DNA of 64,000 nucleotides, from the NCBI RefSeq assembly GCF_009914755.1, contig NC_060932.1; one strand, 5' to 3'. This document shows, one piece after another, positions 27,246-43,011 of the stretch (position 1 is the first letter of the stretch; the number at the start of each line of letters is the position of its first letter). The notes under the pieces were generated by a model, which did not search any database, was not told the DNA's origin, and worked only from the letters and a program-made list of their open reading frames with translations. Origin of the DNA: the human T2T-CHM13v2.0 reference genome, Homo sapiens. Made by a program: the position numbers and the translations under genes.

Positions 27246-27880
27246 TAAGGAGACATATTGTTGTGCCAATGGTGGTTTCTCCATTGATTAGGGTTCTGTT
27301 TCTTGGTGCACTGGGATGCTGAGTTCATAGTAAACTCTCTTTACAAAGCAGGGCTCACATTAGTGGATAAAAGCAGGTGTGCGGTTGACTATGGCCTGGC
27401 TCAGGACTGCTGACCAAAGCTTAACAAGAACAATAGACAAATGTCACTGGGGAAGCACTGTTGCTGCCACTCTCATCTCATAAGTCCAAAAAGAGTAGAG
27501 TATTGTGATTATTTCCCAGGGAGATATTAGGCATAGAATGGTCCTCATAATTTTTGTGACCCATTACTTCATTAAAAATCTGGGAACCATAAGAAACTAA
27601 TCTACCAAAAATGGATGCTTTTCTTGATGCTAAATTTGTGTTGACCAGAACCCTGGTTATATTCTCTTGGGAACTAGCCTCAACATTTTAACCCACCATA
27701 AAAAGCTTTGAAAAGTTCTGACATGATCTAGTCCTATAAATCATTGTCCTGTAATTAGCTGAGATTTTGTTTGGCTTTTTCCTCTGAGCATATGGCTTTG
27801 TTCTGAATTGATTTTCAGCAAATAATCAATTTGTCTTATACTATGCCTGACAGGTAAGTCATAACTATCACCAACACTAA

Positions 27881-28239
<359 letters not shown>

Positions 28240-31200
28240 GATATTTCTATCAGATGCAAGAATTATCACAATTCAGATATAGACACTAAACAAAAGCCTT
28301 CATTTTATGTAGGATTGTGTCAAAATGAAGTATTTATAAAAATAAGAAGCTATAATTCATACATCCCAAGTTAGAACATTTTTTAATATTGAGAATAATT
28401 ACATAAATAGTCCAGAATGCCTTCAGTAATAATTCCTGATATTTTATGATGATTACCTTAACACATTTATACATTTACATTAAATTACAGAAACATATTC
28501 ATTTCTAAATGTTAATAAATAAATATGCATTGTGTGTGGTACATTCTATTACAACTCTCTGAATTTCAGAGCAGAATTCATGGTCATGAGTAAAATAAAT
28601 GCCCAAACAATACCATGAATTATTAAATATCTGTCAAAATTCCCAATGGAATTATGATTTCATAATTTGAATTCTGTTTTTTGTTAATTGTTTATAATGC
28701 ATGGATCCGACCCATGGATTCCAGGTTTATTGAATGTTATAAAATTCTCTTTTCTCCTGTGCCCAGGCAGTCAGTCTTTCTGACTAAGCTAACAATGGCA
28801 ATATTTATTCCCTTTTTCCTCCTTGAAAACTTTTTTCTATAGCATATTCTCCAAAGGCAATGATGACTGATTCAAGCCATCAAGTTATATGGCCTCTTAC
28901 TGCAAATTGTTTCCATTTGTTGGAGGGCTCCAGAAGAAGCTACTATTTTGATCCTGAACAAAGGAGAGGAGTTGAGAATAAGAGGGAAATTGTTCTTCAA
29001 GTTAACTTGCACATTAACTTGTTCATAGAAGAGGTGGCTGATATGTTTTCAGCACCCTTTCACTTAACTGTACTTTGGAGTTTTTGCAATTACAGTCCAG
29101 ACTTACTTGAACTACATGTGGTCGATATTATGCATCTGCCGCATCGCTTACTTCATGCGTCTTTATAGAGAGCCACGTAAGAGCATATACTGACCTCTGA
29201 GATGGTGTGAAACAGTGGAGAGGCAATAGCTAGGAAAATCTTTGCCCTTATAAAATTTATGTCACACATGCTACTCTATTCATTACTTTTTACGTAGCCC
29301 CATCTGTCCAGGAGTAAAATATCCCTGTAGCAGAGTCACATATAGAAGCCGGAAATTTAAAATATGACTTTCCCCAAATAGAGCCAAATATACCAGAGAG
29401 CATAATATTTTGCTGAAGACTGCCTCAATTCTAAAATATAAGAAAACTATGAGAGTTTTAAATTGAAATTTTTGTAACTTGCCTAAGGTATTATCATACT
29501 GCTACTTTGTGCTTGGCCTGAAATTAGAGAATGTTAAGCAGGTAAGTGAAAATTAAACTCCTCAAGGATATATAAAGAGTGCAAATTCTACTATTTCAAT
29601 TCTCCTTTGATTCAAGTTTAAAATTCAGGCAACAGCTTACTAGGCAAACTGAGATGCTTTTTTTCCTCTTAACGATGAGACTATGATTAGAACACCAGCC
29701 AAACTGTGCTTCTTAAGTCTCACTCACTGGGTCTGTGGTACAACTGCTGGCTTTGTGCACTATAAGTCCTTCTTCAGCCAAGTGTTGCCTTAGAGTAGAG
29801 AACAATGACTGTAAATTGCCTTTGTATTGTAGATATGAACAAGAAAAAAATATGCATTCATTCTTAGAGATCTTGATAACCTAGTGAGATTTTTCAATTT
29901 ATAATGATCTCTATGTGGGAAGATTATTACATTCATAAGGAGGAAACCTACATCATTTGAAGACTCCTTGTGTGTTATTTAAAGGTGAAATAGGGCAGAA
30001 CATAGACAATGGTTGTGGCCTCAACTGTTGTCACTTCAGACACCTTGAAACATGTAGCCATAATAATCTACTCATCGTCTCTTGAATATTCCACCTGGCA
30101 AGTGTCCCTGTGGATATAATCCTAACTTATGATAGAAGAGTTGTTTCATGGCTAGAGACAGGTCTGTGAAAGGGAAGAGCTTTTCCACTTTGGATAAGAA
30201 TATTTGTATTCATCTAGGTGTTTATGGAAAGCATAGCTAAGTCTAATTTTGGGGAGAAAAGAGGATGTTTTAAGATTAGCCACTATCAGTAAGGAGAACA
30301 ACCAGAAATTGACCAGTGCCTCATAGAAGAAATGGTCTCCCCATGATCTGAAAATTTAAAAGAATGTAAATATTGTTTGGAAAATTTCAAATTCAACTTT
30401 AATTAAAGAAAAGCTAAAAGTGCCTTGCTTCATTTAAGGAAATTCAAGTTGTTGAGATTAATCTTTGCCAGTAACAATAAAATCATTCATTTTCTAATGA
30501 ATTAAGTAGTGGCTTGGAAGCCCTCTGGGCTCCTTAAAACACTACGAAAGATACCTCCATGATGCAGCCATGAATTTAAAAATTTTGAAGAATGAAATAA
30601 CCCTCATTATCATTCCTCCCAACAAATTAAATAGGAATACTACAAAATGATGTTCATGATTTAGATAAGTCCTTTGTGGCCATTGGCCCTTATACACTCA
30701 TGAACTATCTGGTTAGTAATAATTTTGTTTAGGTGAGAGGCATACAGCTAATGTTGGCATGAAGAATCTGCAAGATTGGTATGATTACTTACCGTCAAAT
30801 CAAGGAGTCCATGGAGACGTGAAGAGAGACAATATTCTTAAAATAAATGTAGCTACAGTGGGCAGATGTGGGAGTTTCATCTCAGTTCATCCCATCCCCC
30901 ATAGCAAAGTGAATAGCATCCCTCCTTCCCACACAGACACATCAAAATATGTATGGAACACTCATGACTCTAATGGAGAGTCAGGCAACAAGAATGGGCT
31001 AACAAACATCTCATGGCTACAGTGAAAATCCACCCAGGGAGTTGTATTTGAATCATTGTCTCTGAAACTTCCAGATCACAAGAGGCTGTCTCCTACAGCC
31101 ATCCAAGATGGTTAGTCAACAACTTGAGATTGGTGGTGACAAATAAGAACCTGCCAGAGAGGTTTTTACCATCTTCAACTTTGCAATTAATCAGAACTGT

Positions 31201-32399
31201 TTCCAGCCTTGGTAATTATTTCAGCAAAGGAAGCAATTAAGAAAAATGTCTTATTTTGCAGAGGATTCAAAACCAATCAGCTGCCGCATCCATAGGTCAA
31301 AAAATAACAATTTTGTTCTATTTATTCAGCTATGCTTCAAAAATGGAATAACTAAAATAATTATATGTTTTTTAAAAAATCCTATCACATTAAAACAACA
31401 TTTATTATTTTTCTGAAAAAAGAAATCTTTTTCTACCTAAGTTGAAAAATAAGCATATATTCTTCCCAGGTGGTAAATTTAACAAAAAACACACACAAAA
31501 AAAATTGTTTTGTGTAAATTAGGTAAAATGTGTGCATACATGCATACGCATGCATGATTTATAAGTACACCAAACTATAAATGTAACACATTAGTACCAG
31601 CATGAATCACAAAGGTAGCACAATTTTATAGTCTTAAAATCCTAATTAGCATAAAAGGGAAAACATCGTAATCAAATAACTATTGATTAACACAAAGCCG
31701 GATGTGTTGAATGGGTTTAGTAATTAACTAAGGAAACTGCAGGTGTTTAAAACTCATAGATTACTAATGAAATGTATACTTATTTTTAAAAAAATTACCT
31801 GTAGCTGAATCTTATCATATTCAGATACAGCAATAACACACAGTACTCATAGATGTAAACTATACTGTCACATAGAATACTTAAAGCATCCCTTATTAAA
31901 TGTCTTAGGTGTTCAAATTCTTTGAAGCTTTTGCTAGGCTGTTTTCACAAGGATATATCTGATTCTGCCTATGGATCTGACACACTTTAAAAGTAGACAA
32001 AGCAGTATAAAGGAAAGCATGGATAATGAATGACCAACTAAGAAATAATCACAGATAAGAGAAGAAGAGCATGACATTTAAACGAAAATGCTTTCTAGCA
32101 AACTACAGATTTTTTCTAACTTCTTACTGTGTTTTCTCTGCATTCCATCAAGGTGGTCCAGCAGTAAAAGTAGACTTCTTCACATCACTTTGTGTTATAG
32201 GACTAATGATTTCTTGAGTTATTGGTAGGAAACTGGAAGCTTTTATTTGGTCCCTTCCAACAGAACCAAATGGCACGGACAAGCTAACTGAAGGAATGAA
32301 ATTAGGTTGTTTTTAAGCACGGTTCATTTCCTTTTAGTATTGTATACTGTCTCGATTATTTCGATTATACATAAGAAAGTATGCTTATCCTCCCTATAC

Positions 32400-34817
32400 T
32401 TATTTATTATTTTTGTTTTTAAATTTTTTATTTTTAATGTTTGTGAGTACGTAGTAGGTGCATGTTTACAAGGTGTATGAGATATTTTGATACAGGCATA
32501 CAATGTACAATACTTCAGAGTAAATGAGATATCCATCACCTCAACCATTTATCTTTGCTTTGTGTTATCATCCAATTATTCTGTATTAGTTACTTTTAAA
32601 TGTACAAAAACTATTGTTGACTGTAGTAACCCTGTTGTGCTATCAAATAATAGTTCTTATTCATTCTATCTAACTATATTTTGGTAACCATTTACCATCC
32701 CCACTACACCCTACTACCCATCCCAGCCTCTGATAACTATCATTCTACTCTATATCCTAATGAATTCCATAGTTTTAATTTTTACCTCCCACAAATAAGT
32801 GAGAATATGTGAAATTTGTCTTTTTGTGCCTGGCTTATTTTTTTTAACATAATGACTTCCAGTTCCATCCATGTTGTTGCAAATGACAGGATCTCATTCT
32901 TTGTTATGACTGAATAGTTCTCAATTGTGTATACATACCACATTCCCTTTATTCATTCTTTTGTTGATGGACACTTGTTGCCCCAAAATCTTGGCTATTG
33001 TGAAGAGTGCTGCAATAAACATAGGAGTGCAGATATCTCTTTGATATACCGATGTCCTTTCTTTCGGGTTTACACCCACCAATGGGATTGCTGGATCACA
33101 TGATAGCTTTTTTTTTTCAGTTTCTTTAGGAACCTCTGAACTGTTCTCCACAGTGGTTGTGATAATTTGCATTTCCACCAACAGGGTACAAGGGTTTCTG
33201 TTTCTCCACACCCTCACCAGCATTTGTTATTGCCTGTCTTTTGGATATAAGCCATTTTAACTGGAGTGAGGTGATATCTCATTGTAGTTTTGATTTGCAT
33301 TTCTCTGATGATCAGTGATGTTGAGCACCTCTTAATGTATCTGTTTCCTATTTGTGTCTTCTTTTGAAAAAATATCTATTCAGATCTTTTGCCTATTTTT
33401 AAATCAGATTATTAGATTTTTTCCAATAGAGCTGTTTGAGCTCTTTATACATTCTGGCTATTAATCAGATAGATAGTTTGCAAATATTTTCACCCTTTGT
33501 AAGGATTGTCTCTTAACTGTTGATTGTTTCATTTGCTGTGCAGAAGCTTTTTAATTTGATATGATCCCAATTGCCCATTTTTGCTTTGGTTGCCTGTGCT
33601 TGTAGGGTATTACTCAAGAAATCTTTGCCCACCCAAACATCCTAAAGGGTTTCCCCAAAGTTTTCTTTTAGTAGTTTCATAGTTTGAGGTCTTAGATTTA
33701 ACTCTTTAAGCCATTTTGATCTGATTTTTGTATATGCAGACAGATAGGAGAGTTTCATTCTGCTTTCCCAACACAATTTGTTGAAGAGACTATTCTTTCT
33801 CCAATATATGTTCTTTGCACCTTTGTCAAAAATGAGTTAACTGTAGATGTACGGATTTATTTCTGGGTTCTTTATTTTATTTCAGTGGTCCATGTGTCTG
33901 CCTATACCACTCTGTTTTGGTTACCATGGCTCTGCAGTATAATTTTAAGTCTGGTAATGTGATTCCTTCCATTTTGCTCTTTCTGTTCAGGATAGCTTTG
34001 GCTATTCTGTGTATTTTGTGGTTTCATATACATTTTAGGATTTTTTTTCTATCTATATGAAGAATGTCATTGATATTTAATAAGGATTGCATTGAATATG
34101 TAGATTGCTTTGGGTAGCATGTACACTTTAACAACATTGATTCTTCCAATGCATGAACATGACATATCTTTTCATTGTTTGTGTGATCTCTTCAGCTTCT
34201 TTCAATGTTTTATAATTTTTATTGTATAGATATTTCACTTCTTTGGTTAAATTAATCTTAGGTATTTATTTTATTTGGGGCTACTGTAAATGGAATACTT
34301 TCTTGATTTCTTTTTCAGTTTATTTGCTGTTGGCATATAGAAATGCTACTGATTTTGTATGCTAATTTTATATTCTACAACTTTACTGAATTTGTTTATC
34401 AGTTGGAGTCTTTAGGTTTTTTCTAACATAAGATTATATCAATTGCAAACACGCATAACTTTTTCCTTACCAATTTGGATGTCCTTTATTTCCTTCTCTT
34501 TTCCTATTACTCTAGCTAGTTCAGTGGTGAAAGTGTGCATCCTTGTTGTATTCCAGATCTTACAAGAAAGGCTTTCCATTTATCTTCATTTAGTATAATA
34601 CTAGCTGTGAGTCTGTATTATATGGCTTTTCTTAACGTTGACGTATGTTTCTTCTTTACCCAATTTTTAGAGGATTCTTATCATGGAAGCGTGTAGAATT
34701 TTATCAAATGATTTCTCAGCATCAGTTGAAATGATCACATGGTTTTTATCCTTCATTCTGTTAATATGATGTATTGCATTGTTTGGTTTGCATATATTGA
34801 ACTATTCTTGCATCCCT
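32400..34817 (-). mobile_element. 5'-truncated L1 (L1MA1/2-like), about 2.4 kb
   Basis: 3'UTR gagatattttgatacaggcata...gatatccatcacctcaa, then continuous decayed ORF2 back into the RT region. Confidence 0.9.
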
Positions 34818-36480
34818 TTATTTAATCTTTACATCCTTATATTTATTATATTTATAATCCCATGTTTATGAAGGAAATTCAATCAATAATTAATACCCTT
34901 CATAAACAGACAGCATCAGGCCCAGATGAGTTCACAGGTGAATTCTACTAGACATTTAAAGAAGAAATTATGCTATTGTTCTATGACCTCTTTTAGAAGA
35001 TAGAAGCAGTGAGGTTACTCCCTAAGTCATACTCTAAGACCAGCATTACTGTAATACCAAAACCAGAGAAGAAAATGACAAGAACAGGAAACTACCAGCC
35101 AATATCTCTCATGAACACATATGCAAAAATCATTAACAAAATATTAGCAAATTGGATCCAACAATGTGCAAAAAGAATTACATACCACACCAAGTGGGAT
35201 TTATTGCATGTATATGAAGATGATTTAGTGTTAAAAAATCAATTAATGTAATTGACCACATCAGCAGGCTAAAGAAGAAAAATTACATGGTCATGTCAAT
35301 AGATGCAGAAAAAGCATTTGACAAAATCCAATATGCAGTCTGGTAAAAATGGTCAGCAAATTAGGAATAGAGGGGGACTTCCTAAATTTAATAAAAACAT
35401 GTACAAAAACTCTATTGCTAACATCATACTTAATAATGCAAAACTACAATCTTTCCCACTAAGATCAGGAACAAGGCAAGAACGTCCCAGCTCACCACTC
35501 TTTTTTACCATCATACTGGATGTTCTCACTAAGGCAGTAAGACAACAAAAGGAAACAAAAGATATAATGATTGGAAAGGAAGAAATAAAACTTTGTTCAC
35601 AGATGCCATGGTCATCTATGTAGAAGATCAACAAAAACAACAATAACAAACTCCTAGAACTAATAAACAATTATAACAAGGTTGCAGGATAGAAGGTTAA
35701 TATATAAAAGCTAATCACTTTCCTATATACTAGAAATGAGTAAGTGGCATTTGAAGTTAAAAACACAATACCATTTGCAGTAGCACCCCCAAAATGAACT
35801 ATATAGGTATAAATTTAACAAAATGTGTATAAGATCTTTATGAGGAAAACTACAAAATTCTGATGAAAGAAATCCAAGAAATAAATAATGGAGAGATATT
35901 TCATGTTCATGGGTAAGAAGGCTCAATATTGTCAAGATGTCAGTCTTTCCCAACTTAGTCTATATATTCAACAAAATCTTAACTGAAATCCAAAGTTGTT
36001 CTGTGGATATCGATAAACTGTTTCTTTCTTTGTTTTTTACTTAAAAAATCTGTTTTATTGAGGTGTAATTTATATACTATAAAAAGTACCCATGTAAGTG
36101 TACGGTTGGATGAGTTTTTCTTTTCACTGACATAATCTTTGCAAAAGTTGGATAAGTTTTGCAAAAATATAAGTTTTGTAACTATATTATATGGGTCTAT
36201 ATTTGGCCTTTGAATTGATAAAGGCAATATAATGGAAGCCAAGATAGTTTTTTCACCAAATGATACTATAACAACTGGGCAACCACTTGCAAAATAACAA
36301 TAATCTAGACATAGACTTCATACTCTTCAAAAGAAATAACTCAAAATGGATCACATACACAAATGTAAAATGCAAAACTATATACTCCTAGATCATCAGA
36401 GAAAGTCTAGATGATCTTGAGTTTGGCAATGGCATTTTAGATATAACATCAAAAGCACAATACATAAAAGAATGAATTGA

Positions 36481-36515
36481 TTAAAGTATAATAATAAAAA
36501 ATAATAATCATAAAA
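36481..36515 (+). mobile_element. Extremely 5'-truncated L1PA 3' terminus plus tail (35 nt)
   Basis: TTAAAGTATAATAATAAAAAA... between exact repeats AAAAGAATGAATTGA (36466-36480 and 36516-36530). Confidence 0.8.
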
Positions 36516-36563
36516 AAAAGAATGAATTGAAAATCCGGACTTCAATTAAATTAAAAACTCCAT

Positions 36564-36882
36564 GGCCGGGTGCGGTGGCTCACACCTGTAATCCCAGCAC
36601 TTTGAGAGGCCGAGGTGGGCGGATCACCTGAGGTCGGGAGTTCGAGACCAGCCTGACCAACATGGAGAAACCCAGTCTCTACTAAAAAATACAAAATTAT
36701 CTGGGCATGGTGGCGCAAGCCTGTAATCCCAGCTACTCAGGAGGCTGAGGCAGGAGAATCACTTGAACCCAGGAGGCGGAGGTTGCCTTGAGCGGAGATC
36801 GCGCCATTGCACTCCAGCCTGGGCGACAAGAACGAAACTTCGTCTCAAAAAACAAAAAAACAAAACAAAACAAAACAAAAAA
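36564..36882 (+). mobile_element. AluSp-like
   Basis: Diagnostics gaggtcgggag, ctgaccaacatggagaaacc, acaagaacgaaac; (CAAAA)n tail. Confidence 0.95.
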
Positions 36883-36889
36883 TACTCCT

Positions 36890-37461
<572 letters not shown>

Positions 37462-37789
37462 TCATCACAGAAATACAAATTAAAACAACAACGTGATGCC
37501 ACTACATACCTATTAGAATGGCCAAATCCAGAACACCAACACCACCAAATGCTGGGTAGGATATGGACCAACAGAAAGTCTAATTCAATACTGGGTGTAA
37601 CGCAAAATGGTACAGCTACTTTGGAAGACAGTTTGGTAGTTTCTTAAAAAACTAAACGTACTCTTACCATATGATCTAGCAATTGTGCTCCTTGGTATTA
37701 ACACTTGTGTCCGCATAAAAACCTGCACCTAGATGTTTATTACAGCAGCTTTATCCATAATTATATAATAGACATATGATATATTATAT

Positions 37790-39408
37790 ATATAGTATCT
37801 TTATTCAACTTTTAAACTTTGTATAACTGAAGTAACACAGTATTTATTTTTTCTATAAGTTGTTTTTGTCAACATTATGTTTCAGAGATTACCCTTTTTA
37901 ATGTCTATGTAGGCCTACTGAATTTATTTCCACTTCACATAGCATGGATTGCATTCATACAAATTCATTAATTTTTGATAGACATTTAGATGGCTTCCAA
38001 TCTAAATTTGAAAATAAACTACTGCTATGAACACTATTACATGTGTACACAGGTGGATGTGTGACAAAGCAAGGATAAATGCAGAGAGTTAAATTGCAGA
38101 ATCATAGCATATGCTCATTTTAAACTGCTAACTGCTGCCATATTGTTCTGTTTAAGATTGGCCGTTGTCCTGCATATGAGTGAACAACATGCCACGTTTG
38201 GACAATAACAAATAATACCAAGTTTGATCACTTACCACAGCATTGCTAATTTTATCAGATTTATAAGGGACCGACTTTGTACTTTATTGATCTTTTCTAT
38301 TATATTTTTTATTTTTAATTATTTTCTGCTCTTACATGTACTTCTAATATCCTTATTGTTGTCTTTTAAGATACTTTTCATCTTCTAACACAAAATATAA
38401 TTTATTTCTTGTTATATTTATATTCTGAATTGCTCTACTAGAATTTAGCTCCACTAGAGCATAAATTCTTGCCTGTTCTGTTCATATATTAATTGCAAAC
38501 CCCAGAACAGTGTAGGCACAAATATTTGTTAATTAAATGTAAATATGTTAATCTTTTATTCTAACATCTTTAGTCTTGTTAGTCTTTAAAAATTTTTAAA
38601 CTGGGTGCTCAGCTCATTAATTTCAGCCTTTCTTCTTTTCTATTATAAATATTAAATGCTATATATTTTTCCTAAATATCATTTAATGTATTATTTCTAT
38701 AAGTATTACTTGCCATGAAAAAGAAATCTGTATTATGTACTTTGGTGCTATATGAATTAACCATTTACTTAATTATTTTAAAAACTGCTCACTAATCTTT
38801 GTAAGAATTAAAGAATTTCATTTGAATTTGCAAGATTGTGTTTTTAAAAAATTTCTTCCTTTCTTTTTATATTTATTGCCTCACATGTTCAATAATGAAG
38901 ACTTTTACCTCATCAACTCAGTTATCTTGATATACAATTTCTTACTGCAAAAGCAAAATAAATTCTTCTTTCCCTTTAATTACTCATTTTTCAAGTAAGG
39001 TGTTATTTTAATAGCTGTTTTAACTATTAACAATTGAGATTTTCTGCGTTTATTTTTAAGTATTATGGAATCATAGATTTTCACTGATTCAGTGTGTTTT
39101 AGTAGGCTTCAATCATTCCTTTTGATGCTCAAATTATTACAACTTTGGGCATTGATAGAGCCTTCAGAGTGGCTCCTACATCCTTTCAATGTGACTCAAG
39201 ACTTTGTAAAAGTTTTCAGGCTTTCAAGCACAAAAATCTACCCTACACTCCCCTTGTTTGTTCCTTGCACCTAACCTAGATTGGGCATTTCTCCAGGGAA
39301 GACCTGGCGCTTTTTAGTGAGGAATGGTATCAAACAGCAAAACTGAAGTGCTCATTGCTCTGCTAGAGCAACATTGTTTCCGAGCCATTTCAGTGGACAG
39401 GGATCACA

Positions 39409-39456
<48 letters not shown>

Positions 39457-39670
39457 CCTTCTATACAATTATTTTTAATCATGAGTGAAATTTGATATTT
39501 TCAGTTTAATTTCAATAATACGGTATTTACATTTATTTTCTTTGATATTATAACTGTCTTTTCTCTTACACTGAAAATCTTTATTAAATCATTGATGTGA
39601 TTACTTATTGTTTTAACCCTCAATACAAGGAAAATGATTTTAAAATACCAAACTGATATAAATACACTAG
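37790..39670 (-). mobile_element. Patchwork of old L1ME/L1MC fragments
   Basis: Decayed L1 3' text (gatagacatttagatggcttccaa..., tgatgctcaaatt...gagccttcagagtggctcct). Confidence 0.5.
39411..39452. repeat. (AC)21 microsatellite
   Basis: Direct reading; perfect repeat. Confidence 0.97.
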
Positions 39671-39677
39671 TAAATAC

Positions 39678-40091
39678 TGTTTTGGTACCCTGTTTTCATC
39701 CCCTTGACAAAGCCAATGTGACCTCTCATCAGCTCCTGTAGTGATTGGCTGCTGATGTCTCCAGGGGAACCCTTCCTGCCTAGGAAGTTAGCTCGGGCTC
39801 CCATCCCTGACAGCAGGCCACAGCTGACTGACTGACATAATAGTACAAAAAGTTAGCCCCCGAAACCGCAAAAGCCAGTGCCCTTTGGTGGGGAGGAGGA
39901 GACCACTGAGTCATGGTTTAAGATCCAGAGCCCTCCACTGAAGGTCAGATCAAGGACAGACTACCTGAGATCAGATCCAGTTTCTTTTCATCCCTCCCTC
40001 ACAAGTCTTTCTTCAAGAGCACTTCCTCAAAAATTCACTTGCACCAAATCTCCTGTGTCAGATTCTGCTTCTAGGAAACCCTACATAAGAC
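39678..40091 (+). mobile_element. LTR16-type ERVL solo LTR
   Basis: Characteristic end cacttgcaccaaatctcctgtgtcagattctgcttctaggaaaccctacataagaca. Confidence 0.7.
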
Positions 40092-40389
40092 AACTACGAA
40101 CAATGTAACTCCAGAGGGAGGTTTGAGATTTCATTTTTTTTTTTGCCCATAGAATGCATCTCATTAAGAATATATAATCAAAATGCCATATTATAAAGTC
40201 ACTTTAAATGCTTTCTATATGTGTGTATAGTACCAGACGGATATGCAATTGGGTACACTTGGGTTTTATTTTTAATTTAAAAAATGTTTTAATAATTTAG
40301 ATTTTTTAAGAATATTGCACTTATGACCCAAAAGTCGTAACTAGGAAAACTAAGAAAACTCTTATCTGCCCCCAATAGATGTCATTAAT

Positions 40390-42700
<2,311 letters not shown>

Positions 42701-43011
42701 CCCTGATAAGTCAGGAAGAATGCTTGAACCCATTCAGAATTCCCTTTCTTATGGTAAATTTCTTCTCAGGGAATTTTACCTTTTCCTAAAATCTTAGCTC
42801 GATTTGAATACTCCAAGAGAAATAAGAAAAACCAAGAGAGAATACAGTCACGGAAAGGAGAATGTTTTGAGAAAAAGTCAGGAGTTAGTAATGTCAAAAA
42901 CTGCTGAAAGGCAAGAAAGATAAATGCCAAGAAGTCTGTGTCATATATAGTGATATCTGTGAATTTAGCCAGAATAGCTAAGAGTCACGTTATCATCTGA
43001 AAGCCAATTTG

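Noticed and set aside
28860-29168. 102-aa ORF in unique sequence, considered as a processed pseudogene or small gene
   Set aside because: No recognisable protein similarity in the reading I could do, no poly(A) tail or TSD; length is within chance expectation.
30785-30796. Strong minus-strand donor ACG|GTAAGT (similar ones near 21480 and 49370)
   Set aside because: No convincing paired acceptor; such hexamers occur many times by chance in 64 kb.
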